The notes: generated by a model not told the origin, from the sequence alone. A stretch of DNA of 63,925 nt, filler included, from Octopus bimaculoides (GCF_001194135.2; 6 parts of 5 records of this genome joined end to end with filler, not necessarily neighbours in it), one strand, 5' to 3'; shown: positions 25,406 to 39,192, numbered from the whole stretch's first letter. Program-made: numbers and translations.

Positions 25406-27474
25406 CTTTATTTCATTAAATTGGTCATAAAGGCCTCATGCAGAGAAAAAGGAAGCTGCGGGCTGGACAGAGACATAATGTTATATTAGATGAAGAATGA
25501 TGATTAATGGGAGAAACAAGTGACGCTTGTTTCCCCAAAACATTGTTCTCTTATATATGAAGCAACAAACCTTTTACAACTGTTCATTGATAAAAAAAAG
25601 AGGCAGTACGCCTCTTACTTTGTTAAATAGAATAAGGTTTGAAACCCCTCATCGATTCATAACACTAACGCTTTTAACATCTTATCGATAATCCTCCCCA
25701 GCATCGCTTGTGACCACATACGCCGCCATCGCCCACGCCTCATTCAAGTACAAAGCGGGTGACGTGTCGGCGTCGCCCGGCCACAAACGATATTTCTCAT
25801 TGAGCCCCTCCAGTCTACGCAACACGAGCAATGTTATGACCTCCACAGCTATCTGCGGAGGCCATTCGGGATCCCGTGTGCAGATTAAAGTTGCTCCCTT
25901 ATGGAGCTTTTCCCACACCTTCTCCACCTCTCCGCCTCTATAGAAGAAGACCAACAATTCGTCTTCCTCCGGAGAATGTTGTACGTGAGATAACCCATGT
26001 AATGATAGTTAGAATATGCAAAACACACATGGAGAGTAAACCATGTGGAACATCACCTTCATTCTTCTGCTAGTAGCAGAATAATTTAGTGCTAGATGCC
26101 ATTTAATAAATCGATGGTTCATCTTGATAGTAAGTTCGGACTCATATTTCGGAGTTCTATAAAATTTAACGTCCGCATCATGTGATGTATTACAATAATT
26201 ATCGTAGATGTACGTTTCAGGACTAATGAATGTCCGTTACTTGAACATTTGCGCTATCAGCCCCATCGTAAGTATTTGAGACAATGATATTCCATTGTCT
26301 CACACGCTACCGTCTTAACCAAGGAAAGAACACAACACACATTGGGATATAAGTAAATCGATGGGATGATCATGACCGAAACGCCCCTGATCATATTCTT
26401 GTCATTAGTGAATAACAAGCATACTTTACAACAAAATCAAATATATTCTGGGAAACGAGATAAAATTGTTGGGTTTGCATTTTAGTAATTAGAGAGATGA
26501 GGTCATGTCCTTGAGCAGATATCACCATCCCAGTAATCGATAAAAACAATGGCGTTTGTTTTAGAAAAGCGTCAAGTAGATAAGAATAGTCTCCGGATTG
26601 TTTTCAGGACATATGAAAAAACCATTTTGGTAATATAAAAGATGTCGAGGACACATAACATCGTGGTCGAGGGCGCTAGTCACGACAACAAGGTCGTGGT
26701 TTGAAATCCTGGAATGAGAGATGTATTGTGCGCGAAACACTTCATCTCATGTTGCACTGCAAACATTTCAGTACTTGACGAGTAGGAATGGGGACTAGCT
26801 GGAAAATGAATTTATTTTCCGGATATTAAAGAATTGCAGCCAATCACATACATCAAGAGAAAATACTGCCACTCTCGTTTGAAAAAAAATACACTTAGAT
26901 AATAATTGAAACCCAGTAATTCATTCAATATGCTTTTCGGATGTCAGCTGGAACGTGAGACAAAATCTTATATGAAGCAATAGAATATACACACATCAGT
27001 GGATAAAACTTGTTTAATTCCTGTGAAAAATTCAAACTGAAGTCATAGTTGGAGCCGGCGTTATAGAGGTAAATCAATTTTTGTTACTTTTCTTTTAAGA
27101 TTTAACATTTATATATACACACACATATACATGATTTATTTATCCCTCTGTCTCTATCTTTCTATAACTATGCAACTTAATAGAATAATGTTGTTCCTGA
27201 CGATTCTTTGTGGGTTATCATTTGGTTCCGAGCAACCATAACGTTGTTACACGCACGTAAGATCTATTATTTAAACGTTTGTTCGTCCAGTTCATCCTAT
27301 ATATAGACTTACTCATAAACACACATGCATAGGTGTGGGTGTGTGGTGAGAAGTTTGCTTCCCAACCACATACTTCCAGGTTCAATTTCACTGCATGGCA
27401 ACTTCTTCTATAGCCTCGGGCCGACCAAAGCCTTGTGAGTTGATTTGGTAGACGGAAACCGAAAGAAGCCCGTG

Positions 27475-27505
<31 letters not shown>

Positions 27506-30500
27506 TATATAGACTTTCTATAACTTTCTCTCACTCTCTCTCTCTCTCACTAACTCNNNNNNNNNNNNNNNNNNNNNNNNNNNNNNNNNNNNNNNNNNNN
27601 NNNNNNNNNNNNNNNNNNNNNNNNNNNNNNNNNNNNNNNNNNNNNNNNNNNNNNNNNNNNNNNNNNNNNNNNNNNNNNNNNNNNNNNNNNNNNNNNNNNN
27701 NNNNNNNNNNNNNNNNNNNNNNNNNNNNNNNNNNNNNNNNNNNNNNNNNNNNNNNNNNNNNNNNNNNNNNNNNNNNNNNNNNNNNNNNNNNNNNNNNNNN
27801 NNNNNNNNNNNNNNNNNNNNNNNNNNNNNNNNNNNNNNNNNNNNNNNNNNNNNNNNNNNNNNNNNNNNNNNNNNNNNNNNNNNNNNNNNNNNNNNNNNNN
27901 NNNNNNNNNNNNNNNNNNNNNNNNNNNNNNNNNNNNNNNNNNNNNNNNNNNNNNNNNNNNNNNNNNNNNNNNNNNNNNNNNNNNNNNNNNNNNNNNNNNN
28001 NNNNNNNNNNNNNNNNNNNNNNNNNNNNNNNNNNNNNNNNNNNNNNNNNNNNNNNNNNNNNNNNNNNNNNNNNNNNNNNNNNNNNNNNNNNNNNNNNNNN
28101 NNNNNNNNNNNNNNNNNNNNNNNNNNNNNNNNNNNNNNNNNNNNNNNNNNNNNNNNNNNNNNNNNGTACATAAATACACGCACGCACATACATAATCACA
28201 CACAGGTACACTTACACACGCACACATACACACACATACACACATATATCTGTGCATGTTTGTGTATGCATATATATCCTGATGCATCTATATATAACCA
28301 TACATGATTACATATGACACCGTGTAGCAATTCTTTGTCCTAAAATCCTAGACTGCCGCCTATAAAGTTGTTCCTGGCTTAGGTACAAGGTCAGTAGTTG
28401 TTGTTTTGTGGGGGAAGTGGACAGTCGACTAATTCGACTTTAGCACCTCAGAGGTATGAAAGGCAAAGAGGTCTTCAGATGGAAAGGAACTCAGAACATG
28501 AATAGCCGATAGAAACGCTGGCTGCAAAGCATTTTGTCCGAAATGGTAACAATTTTGACTTCACTCGAAAATTAATATCCAAAGGTAATAAAGAAGACCA
28601 AATCTAAGTCCATTGATTGTGGTCGCTCTATCATCATTTATGAATGATAACTGTGCAAACTAAGAGCTAATCGTATTTCACAGGAATGTCTATATGTATA
28701 TATTTAAACATTCAAACATTATATTTAATGTTTCTAATATGTGTTATGAGTGTTCCCATTATCGGGCTTTTCTTACTAGGGTGTGGGAATCAAACAGATT
28801 TTCGCTTTCCTTTCTAATTCCTTCTAATTTGAAGGCGGATTTTAAAATTCAGAACAACGTCGTAATTTTTTGTTTCGTTTGAAACAATTCAACATTACAA
28901 ACACTTGATTTACCATATAAAGAGTTATCAATGAAACATCTAAACATCTCAAATAGAAACAAATACGTTTTATTGGAATTAAATACGATTAATGTTTACA
29001 CAAAACTAATTAAAACATATATGCTGCAAATAAAAAGAAAGACTTAAGAAATACTATTGACTATGTAAAATCGATTCCAGATAAAGGAAGAGTACTTCAG
29101 AGAATTATAACATTGTTTTAATCTCAGTAGAAAAATAGTATTTCTTATTTTCGATCCTGAATATATTTAGGAAAGAAATATAAAAGGAACCTCGGTGTCA
29201 AGACTAATTACGGATCGGGACGCTGTATCTGGCAATATATGTATGTATGTATGTATGAATGTATGTATGTATGTTTATGCCGGTTTGGTCGACGTCAACT
29301 CGACCAAGCCTGGTGATGTAGGGTTTACTTGAAGCCCACAAGAACTGAAAACATGTCTTGTTAAATGGATGGCGGTACCCCTTAGCACGGGCAGTTAAAA
29401 ATTCTGCGTGGGCGTCCTGCATGTCGAAAGACCTCTGGGATTGAGGCACCCTCAAATTTTGTTAAAGCATGACTTTGGGAGAACGCCACTCTGATATAAA
29501 ACTGGATATGTAGGGAATGGTATTGAACATTTTGGTGATCATTTGCTTGTACTTGAGATCATGGTGAACTCACACCGGTAAACGTTCGACCCTTATTGAT
29601 ACTAGATATCTTGCGTCGGCTGCACCCTATTGCAATGATCTGTGGTTTAATCCAAAACAATGGACCGGGTCTATGTGGTGGTGTGCAAGCCTTATTGGAC
29701 CTAAAATTTTGTACAGGCATTGCTGACTATTTTGCTTGGATATTCCTGTTTAATATTATCTTTTTAATTTTAGCTCTATACTTTTTAACCGTACAACTTA
29801 CTTTTTCTTTCAAACGTCCTGCGGTGATGGGAAGACGGCGAAGCATGCAAATCTGACGAGATGGAAGCATGTATTTAGTGGTATATACACGAGTGTCCTA
29901 TGGGATTTTGGTAGCATGTGTGCTTAAGCAGTTGAATTCAGCAAAACCCTGCTTACCTAGAGACCGGAGACAATGCTATATAACTAAATGGATGGGGAGA
30001 TATCAACTGGATATCCTCTGATCACAATTGTGTACTTCGGTCAGTATGCTTATCCGATACAAGTTTACTCAATCAGGAAACATTGGCTTGTGACGCAGAT
30101 ATGTTTATTATGTCTTCCATCATTTTGCTAATGATGGAATAAAAGAATTAGATGTAAAATTATGATAAGTCAGGGCAAACAACAACGTCGACAACAACAC
30201 TCTAAGTAAAACACTCACACAAAAAACACATCAAGAATATGTGCCTAATATTGGCCTCGTACTCAACATCAAACAACGCAATTTTTTGCGTCAGACTTTC
30301 TATCATTACATGATACAACGCCATATCGTTAGCTAACAAGAAACATCTCTTAGGAGTGACGCTCAGATCTTTTCTGAGACTCATCAAAATTCAGCGGGTG
30401 TTGCTTCTGGAAAACGCCTAGTAGATAAGAAGGATTTCTGGAATGTTGTCACGCCTACATATGACATGTACCATGATTGATAATATAATTGGTGTCCAAG

Positions 30501-31019
30501 GTGTATGACCGCGTTGTTAATGGTGCTGCATTTGCGATAACGAGATCGCGGTTTCAATTCCTGGATCGGGAGTTGTATTGTGTTCTGAAGCCAAACACTT
30601 CATCTCATATTGATTTGCGAGGTTTAGGAATGGTGAATTGCTAGAAAACGGATTTATTTTCCGGATATTAAAGTTCAGTCAACCACATCCATCGACAGAA
30701 AATACTGACACTACCGTTAAGAAAAAAAAAACACATAATGAGTTATAACAATTGTGTACTGCGGTCAGTATGCTTCTCCGATACAAGCTGCAAAATGAGA
30801 CAATAACCTTTCATGAGGTAAAAGAATATTCACATAAGTGGATAAACCTTATCTAATTTCCGTAAGAAATTAAAACTGAAATCATATTTGGAGCTGGCAT
30901 TATAGAAGTAAATCAATTCTTGCTACTTTCCTTTTAAGATTTAACATTTATGTTTATACACACACATACACAAACACACATATATATGATTTATTAATCT
31001 GCCTCCCGCTTTCTCTTAT

Positions 31020-31250
<231 letters not shown>

Positions 31251-31254
31251 CGCA

Positions 31255-31580
31255 TAGATACTATTTATGGGTGATATCTTCAGTGTTCATTCCTCAAAGT
31301 CTGCATCGGTTGTCATATTTTTGTGCTTTTCCTGCATTTCTATCCCGTTTGTGCATCAGGTATTTGGTTGATATTTCCTGTTCCTGGATTGTAAACGCTT
31401 ACGCTTCAAAGCGGGAGGAAGTAATCCGGTCTTTGGTCCATGATAGAATGCTTTGATGATCAATGTCCCTATCATTTCTGATCTTTCTACTAACTTATCC
31501 TTGCATAGTCTTCTGCTCATATAGGCTCATCCTTTCATCTGATAACACTTTGCGGTAGAGTCTGTTTTCCTATATATTTA
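31255..31580 (-). mobile_element. R4/Dong-like LINE fragment (pre-endonuclease zinc-knuckle region)
   Basis: WTKDRITSSRFEA*AFTIQEQEISTKY..YDNRCRL*GMNTEDITH matches the AIQEQ..CRLC..E(T/D)ixH motif of this clade. Confidence 0.7.
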
Positions 31581-32529
31581 TTCTGTTGTCCGTAAAAAAG
31601 AAAAAAAGTTCGTTTTTTGTGCTTTGCTTATGTTCCCCTTCGTTTTCCGTCCACGTTTTTTTCACGTCCTCTACCCGGATATGCATCTATATGTACATGT
31701 AGATGTAGGTATGTACATATATGTATGTATATATGCATATGCTCACATATCATTTGTATTATATATATATATATATATATNNNNNNNNNNNNNNNNNNNN
31801 NNNNNNNNNNNNNNNNNNNNNNNNNNNNNNNNNNNNNNNNNNNNNNNNNNNNNNNNNNNNNNNNNNNNNNNNNNNNNNNNNNNNNNNNNNNNNNNNNNNN
31901 NNNNNNNNNNNNNNNNNNNNNNNNNNNNNNNNNNNNNNNNNNNNNNNNNNNNNNNNNNNNNNNNNNNNNNNNNNNNNNNNNNNNNNNNNNNNNNNNNNNN
32001 NNNNNNNNNNNNNNNNNNNNNNNNNNNNNNNNNNNNNNNNNNNNNNNNNNNNNNNNNNNNNNNNNNNNNNNNNNNNNNNNNNNNNNNNNNNNNNNNNNNN
32101 NNNNNNNNNNNNNNNNNNNNNNNNNNNNNNNNNNNNNNNNNNNNNNNNNNNNNNNNNNNNNNNNNNNNNNNNNNNNNNNNNNNNNNNNNNNNNNNNNNNN
32201 NNNNNNNNNNNNNNNNNNNNNNNNNNNNNNNNNNNNNNNNNNNNNNNNNNNNNNNNNNNNNNNNNNNNNNNNNNNNNNNNNNNNNNNNNNNNNNNNNNNN
32301 NNNNNNNNNNNNNNNNNNNNNNNNNNNNNNNNNNNNNNNNNNNNNNNNNNNNNNNNNNNNNNNNNNNNNNNNNNNNNNNNNNNNNNNNNNNNNNNNNNNN
32401 NNNNNNNNNNNNNNNNNNNNNNNNNNNNNNNNNNNNNNNNNNNNNNNNNNNNNNNNNNNNNNNNNNNNNNNNNNNNNNNNNNNNNNNNNNNNNNNNNNNN
32501 NNNNNNNNNNNNNNNNNNNNNNNNNNNNG

Positions 32530-33255
32530 CTAGGAAGAAGCCACAAGAGGCGTTGGCTAGAGCTCTGGAGTTCGGGTCCTGTATGAAACCGAGCAGCGGA
32601 AATTTACGAGTGAGTGGAAGCTCCGGATTCAAAGCACGGAGGGTAAAATCCGTGAAGTTGAAGGACTTAGTAAGCGGAATGAGGAGATGACTGGCGTGTG
32701 TTGGCACTGTGAGAAAAGCGGACGCAGGCGGCGAGACTGCTACAGTTGGCGGCGAGAGAGGTTTTGAACTGCAGACCTCAAGTTGAACCCGAAGAAGTGC
32801 AGTCTGTTTCAGAAGGAAGTAACGTACCTGGGACACCTGAGTTGTGACTGCCCAGCAGGAAATAGAGTCGAGAAACGAAGAGGAGCTGGTGTTGAGGGGC
32901 AACCACCAGCCAGACGTTCCAAAGTAGCCCCACACTCGAGACGGCATGCAGGGTCTGTGATTGACAGCCTAAGAGTGAACGGAAAAGTTAACGGCCGGAC
33001 GTGTTCTCTAGTGATCGATTCGGCCTCGAGACAGACTTTTGTGAGGTCCGATGTGTTGCAGGATCTAGAACTGACTGAGACATCGCAGCAGTTGTGTGGA
33101 GTTACCGGACATTGTAGTGAGCTGAGAGGGCCAGTTAATGTCCGGATTGATGTTGCCGGATTGGAAGTTGTGCTTCCTGTTTACGTGGTTGAAATGGAGG
33201 ATCTGTGCATTTTAGGGTTGGACTATTTAACGTCCATGGATTGTCAGCTGGACAT
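32530..33255 (+). mobile_element. Rearranged Ty3/Gypsy gag-protease fragment with an internal RT piece
   Basis: gag QEALARALEF; knuckle CWHCEKSGRRRRDC (32699); RT motif LKLNPKKCSLFQKEVTYLGH; retropepsin GKVNGRTCSLVIDSAS..ILGLDYL. Confidence 0.88.
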
Positions 33256-33421
33256 CGAATGCCTATGGAAACATGCCAAGAACAGGAACAAAAGAGAAAA
33301 TGGGACAGCCCGGAATTTACTGCAAACACATCTAATAGAATTCATGTGGCGTTATGAATTCAAGGACGAGATCTTCCAGAAGCCATTGCAACAAATTCGA
33401 CACCTATATCCATGCGTTTGA
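33251..33421 (+). mobile_element. Merlin (ISXO2/IS1595-like) transposase C-terminus
   Basis: IECLWKHAKNRNKRENGTARNLLQTHLIEFMWR..IFQKPLQQIRHLYP matches, from memory, the Merlin IExxWxxxK..GT..L..YLxEFMWR motif. Confidence 0.75.
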
Positions 33422-34284
33422 AACATTACAGAGTATAAGTATCTACGAAGCATAAGTATCACATTTATTTTGAAACTTAACTTCAAACTTCATTTGTTTT
33501 CTATTTCGATAAATTCTCTCTGTTGAAAATTATATTTTTATATTTTAAATAATTTGCAATTTCAGGAAATATGTTCTTATATTACATTTGTGTTTTCTAA
33601 TAAGGTGGACGAGTGATTGATAGATAGATAGATAGTAGATAGATATCAGTAAGTAAGTAAGCCAAAGTATCAACTCAAACCAGCAGCCAGACAGACAGAC
33701 GGACACACAGATAGCTCAGTAGGCAAGCAGGCAGACAAGCCAGCAGCAGGCAAGTAGGCAGACAGGCAAGCAGGCTGACAGGCCAGCAACGGGCATGGAG
33801 GCAGACAGGCAAACAGACAGATACTTCATTAGCAGTGAGCGCTTTCACTTCTGACCGCTAATAGCATGACAGTGCCGAAAGAAATTTTACATGTGTGACT
33901 GAAAAGAGAAAACAAAGAAAAGAAAGAACTTTTGATGGACTTAATGATGGCAAACCCTTGATTATGTTCACGCAATGTCACACCGTTATATGCTATTGAA
34001 CTGTTATGTAATGTTTTGAAATGTATTCTCATGTTTATGTAATGCTTTATTCTCATGTTTTTGATGTTATGTAAAAAGAAAAGGTTACCGAACGCATGGT
34101 CTTCGTGTTGTTTCTTCCTCCCCTCCTTTTGCCTGATTTTACTCGAACCATTTCTTCTGATATATAAAAGTAACAAAAACATAATTCCCCTGTTTATACT
34201 TAAACTGCTAAGCTAAGATATTCTCTCGTTATTTTGATCGCTTCATTCATTCACTCATAGATCTAACATGTATTATTAATAATA

Positions 34285-34650
34285 GGTGGAGGTGAAATGG
34301 CTCAGTGGTTAAGGCAGCAGACTCCCGGTTGTGGGATCGCGGTTTCGATTCCCAGTGTTTATTGAGCGAAAACACCTAAAGCTTCACGATGCTCCGGCAA
34401 GGGGTGATGGTGAACCCTGCTGTACTCTTTCACCACAACTTTCTCTCGACCTTTCTTCCTGTTTCTCTTGTATCTGTATTTCGAAGGGCCAGCCTTGTCA
34501 TACCCTGTGTCATGCTGAATTTCCCCGAGAACTACGTTATGGGTACACGTATCTGTGGAGTGTTCAGCCACTTGCACGTTAATTTTACAAGGGGGCTGTT
34601 CCATTGATCGGATCAACTAGAACCCTCCTCGTCGTAATTGACGGAATGCC
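34285..34650 (+). mobile_element. SINE family C (tRNA-derived head)
   Basis: GGTGGAGGTGAAATGGCTCAGTGGTTAAGGCAGC..GGTTTCGATTCCC box A/B; homologous to 43501-43858(-) and the partial copy at 5195-5350(-). Confidence 0.85.
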
Positions 34651-34764
34651 ATGACGACTAGTATGTTCTTTCGTAAACTAATTATTTAAATTAACTCTTC
34701 AAAGCCTAATCTCTCCCTCTTTCAGCGTTAGATTATCTCCTTAATTCTTCATGTAATTTCCAAA

Positions 34765-34960
34765 TTGAAATCTCTCTCAAGCCTTGGTTTCTTTCCTCCT
34801 GTGTTTTCATGTTGGCTAAATATTTTTGTCGAATTATCTCTTAATCCTTGCATTTTTCTTCTCCGTGTTTTCATGTTTACTAAATATTTTGTCGTATTAT
34901 CTCTTAATCCTTGGTTCTTTGTTGTCCATGTTTTCATGTTTACTAAATATCTTTCGTACT
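34765..34960 (+). repeat. Minisatellite of about 60 bp, 3 copies, plus a detached copy at 35185-35260
   Basis: Repeated TGTTTTCATGTT(GG/TA)CTAAATATTTT..ATTATCTCTTAATCCTTG. Confidence 0.8.
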
Positions 34961-35639
34961 AACCCTTAAATAATCCTTCCTTTCCGCTATGGCTTCTTAC
35001 TGTTATCTCTACTGCTCAAGGGGAAAATACCTATTCATAATGTCCACTTCCGTCCTTAGTATATATAAAATACTTTTTTTACACATGTTCCCCTCTCATA
35101 CTTTCATGCGGCTCATTCCAGTGTTTGGTTATCATTGGAACTCACGTTACGAACTGCTAACCTAAGATATTCTCTCATTATTGAAATCTCTCTAAAGCTT
35201 TAGTTTCTTTTCTCCTCTGTTTTCATGTTGGCTAAATATTTTTTGTATTATCCCTTAATCTTTGCTTGTTCGCGACGTGCCTGCCATTCCCGTCCCCAGC
35301 CCCAATACCGGATGTCTAGCTTCTCTCACCGGAAACGGCCTCCTTACCGGTGGTCTCCTCTATTATACCTGCAATCTCGCCTCTCTCCTCCCCCCTCCAT
35401 CTCCCCAGGACTAACACAGTCAGTTTAGCAGTCCACCAACTTAATCTAACATTGGCATATTGATATTCATCTTTACTTTTATTTATTCCTATTTATATCT
35501 GCAGCTCCAGTAATGCTTATATTTGCAATGCTCATAACGCTTATAGTTACAATGTCTCTAACACTTACTCTTACCCCCAGTAGAGCCAACAATATTAACA
35601 CGTTTGAATGTTTGAATGTTTGAATGTTGACAGGTCAAA

Positions 35640-38600
35640 AGTGAGAACAGGTGTAGCATGTATCAAACAAACACGAAAACCTTTCAGGCACAGAACAACA
35701 TCTCCACTTCCCAGGTTTCCTCCCACATTCCTTTCCCAGTTTTTAGAGTTACCACTGTCAATATAAGCACATTGAAAGGTAAGTCTAGTGAGACTACAGA
35801 GATACTTGAACAGAGCCGTGTTGATGTATGCTGCATATAAGAGGTAAGGTGGAGAGGAGCTTCAGCCAGGGTCCTTACAAGCAAAGCACATAGGTATAAA
35901 ATGTTCTGGGAAGGCAGCTGTACCGGAGCAGGGGTTTAGGCGTACTCTTTGCAGAGAAATAGCTGGATAAGGTCATAGGTGTAGTCAGGGTGTACGACTG
36001 AGTGCTTGAGCTTAGCCTAGTCTTGCAGAATAGTATAGCTACAATTATCTCTACCTACGCCCCACAAGCGGACCTACCAAATGATCAGACGGATCACTTT
36101 TATGCTATCCTTCTACAGGCTAGCTCAAAGACGAGTGACACTGACCTCATCTTTGTGGCTGGAGATTTTAATGGGTATGTCGGATGGCAATCTGGTATCT
36201 TTCATGGTGGTCATGGGGGCCATAGAGTTGGTTCTCGAAACAAAGAGAGAACTAGGTTACTGGAGTTCTGTGATGCAAGCAACCTATTAATCTACAACAC
36301 CAACTTCAGGAAGCCAGCCAGCCACCTAATAACCTATCAATCAGGCATCTCTAAGCCAGATTCATTTCATTCTCATCATACAGTGGGATAAATGGTTGTT
36401 CTTAAATACAAAGATACTCTCGGGTAAAGAATGTACCCCGCAGCATAGACTAGTCATCAGTGACTTTAGACTCGAGGCCACAGGGATGCCAAGAAGCAGA
36501 CCAATCCAGAAAAGAAGGATTTGGAAGCTTAATAATCCTTCACATGGTCAGAGATTTAGGGACATCCTCATTGGGAAATTTTATGAGAGGGAGGAGAAGC
36601 TACAGATTTGTGACATAGAGGGTAACTGGAAATTCATGCGTGACAGCTTACTGAGCATCACAGATCTAAAATCTGTGGCTGGTGCACCATCCCTTCAAGA
36701 TCTAGAGTAATGTAATGGTGGAATAATACTGTAGACAAGGCTATTAGAGCAAAGAAACCCGCCTTGAAAACCTGGAAGAGTAGAGATGGCAAGGAACTGT
36801 ATAAGATAGCCAGGGGGAGGCTAGGAGACAGGTATATATAGCCAAGGGAGAAGCAGAAAAGAAGCTTGCCAATGTTCAGCGACGTGAGGACCAAAGAACT
36901 AAAGTATTTCAGATTAAAAGACAGTATTGTGATGTCACAGGAGAGACGTGTGCCCGCATGGATGATGGAGCACTTGCATTTATTGATTCTGAAAAGACAG
37001 AGGCTTGGAGATGCCATTATGAAAGACTGCTGAATGTGGAGAATAAATGAGAGAATGAGAGTCTGCCAAATGTTGATGCAGTTGAGGGAGCAGCTACCCA
37101 AATTGATAGCAATCTGGTAGATAAAGCAATTAAGGATATGAAGTTAGGGAAAGCCATCGGCCCATCAGCAGTCCCTGCTGAAACACTCAAAATATCTGGT
37201 GGTGTGCGTTATTGTCTAGTCACCCATATGGTAAATCAGGCAGTTCACGAAGGAGTCACACCCAATGACTGATGTAGCAGCACCATAGTCAACTGCTACA
37301 AAGGTAGAGGTGATGCTTTAGATAGAAATAATTACAGAGGTAGTAAATTGCTGGATCAGGTGATGAAGGTCATGGAGAGGGTCATACCCGAACTAATTCG
37401 GAAGAGAGTTAGCCTAGATGTAGTTTGGTTTTGTGCCAGATAGACGCACCACTGATGCTATATTCCAGTTAAAGCAACTCTAGGAGAAATACCTAGCCAA
37501 AGATAAACGTCTGTACTTGGCTTGTGTTGACTAGGAGAAATCCTTTTATAAGGTCGAGCAGTTAGTAAGGAGTAACCCTTTTACAAGGACGAGCAGTTAG
37601 TAAGAGCTGTACAGGCCCTATACAGGGATGCTGTTAGTAAGGTGAGGATCGGCAACGAGTATGGTGAAAAATTCCGGATAGAAGTAGAGGTTCACTAAGG
37701 ATCAGTCCTCTTATTCGCCATAGCCCACCAGGCAATAACAAGAATTTAAGACAGGCTGCCCTTTGGAGCACCTCTATGCTGATGACCTTGCTCTCATAGC
37801 TGAATTACTCCCAGAACTAGAGAAAAAATCTCAGGTGTGGAAGCAAATTCTAGAATCAAAGGGTCTTAGATTCAATGTAGCAAAAACAAAGGTCCTAGTG
37901 AGTAGGAAGGCGAAAAAATCACAAACCCCTTTAAGTAGATGACTCTGCTTGATCTGTAGAAAAGGTGTAGGTAAAAACTCTATAAGAATTAATCAGTGTA
38001 AGCTATAGACACATAATCAACATCAAAGAAAGGTTAACTGGGATGGCAGTTTTTGTGTGCAGCAGATATCCAGGGGCAATAAACACCGAAGATGCTCAGA
38101 AAACAAATTCCATCATGCCAGGGGGAGAAACTAGAAGTAGTAGATAGTTTCCGCTCCCTAGGTGACCAAGTATGTATTGGGGGTGGTTGCTCTGAGAGCG
38201 TTGTCACTAGAATAAGAATAGCCTGGGCAAAGTTCAGAAAGCTCCTACCACTGCTGGTGACAAAGGGCCTCTCGCTCAGAGTGAAAGATTGACTGTATGA
38301 AGCATGTATGCGAACTGGCATGCTACACGGAAGTGAAACATAGGTCATGACAGTTGAGGAGAGGTAGGCTTGAAAGAAATGAAGCTAGTATGATCTGCTG
38401 GATGTGTAATGTCAGTGTGCACACAGAACACAGTGTAAGCATCCAGAGAGAAATGTTAGACATAAGAAGCATCAGATGTGGTGTACAAGAGATTGGTATG
38501 GTCATGTGCTGCGTATGGATGAGGAGAGCTGTGTGACAAGGTGTCACAACCTAACAGTGGAAGGAACCCGTGGAAGAGGGAGACCCAGGAAGATATGGGA

Positions 38601-39165
38601 TGAGGTGAAGCACGACCTTGGAACATTAGGCCTCACAGAGGCAATGACAAGAGACCGAGACCTTCGGAGATATGCTGTGATTGAGAAGACCTGGTAAGTA
38701 AAGTGAGCCTATACCAGTGCTGCATAACCAGCCTATTTACCAAGTACCCTTGAATCGTCGGGTGACACGCCGTGCTTGAAAATCGAAAACAAAAGGGCAA
38801 TTGTGGCCAATGCCAGTGCTGCCTGATTTGCATCAGTGCTGGTGACATATGATAAGCACCATTCAAGCATGGGCTGACGCCAGTGCCGACTGACTGGCTC
38901 CCTGTGTCAGTGACCACGTAAAAGGCAGCAACCGAACGTGGTCAATGCCAGCGCCCACCCCTAACTGGCTCCCGTGCCGGTGGCATGTAAAAGCACTCAC
39001 TACACTATTGGAGTGGTTTGCATTAGAAAGGGCATCCAGAGGTAGAAACCTTGCCAGATTAGATTGGAGGCTGGAGCAGCCTCTTGGCTTGTCATTCCTC
39101 TGTCAAACCGTGCAACCCATGCCAGCATGGAAAACGGACTGAAACTATGATGATTATGACGATAT
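35640..39165 (+). mobile_element. Near-full-length degenerate RTE-like LINE (APE endonuclease, RT, 3' UTR, (GAT)n tail)
   Basis: Endonuclease motifs TVNISTL, VDVCCI*EVRW, ISTYAPQ, FVAGDFNG and PQHRLVISD. RT motifs NYRG.KLLD and LYADDLALIA (~37773). C-terminal LEVVDSFRSLGD, RIRIAWAKFRKLLPLL, WYGHVLRM and GRGRPRKIW. Many stops and frameshifts. Ends in CCATGCCAGCATGG plus an ATG-type repeat. Confidence 0.92.
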
Positions 39166-39192
39166 ACATACATACAGATAGATAGATAGATA

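Noticed and set aside
34285-34360. tRNA genes at SINE heads
   Set aside because: Box A/B are present but there is no complete cloverleaf, and each continues into a SINE body.
35270-35400. HDV-like ribozyme upstream of the RTE element
   Set aside because: A CACCGG/CCGGTG helix exists, but P1.1, P3/L3 and J4/2 could not be assembled.
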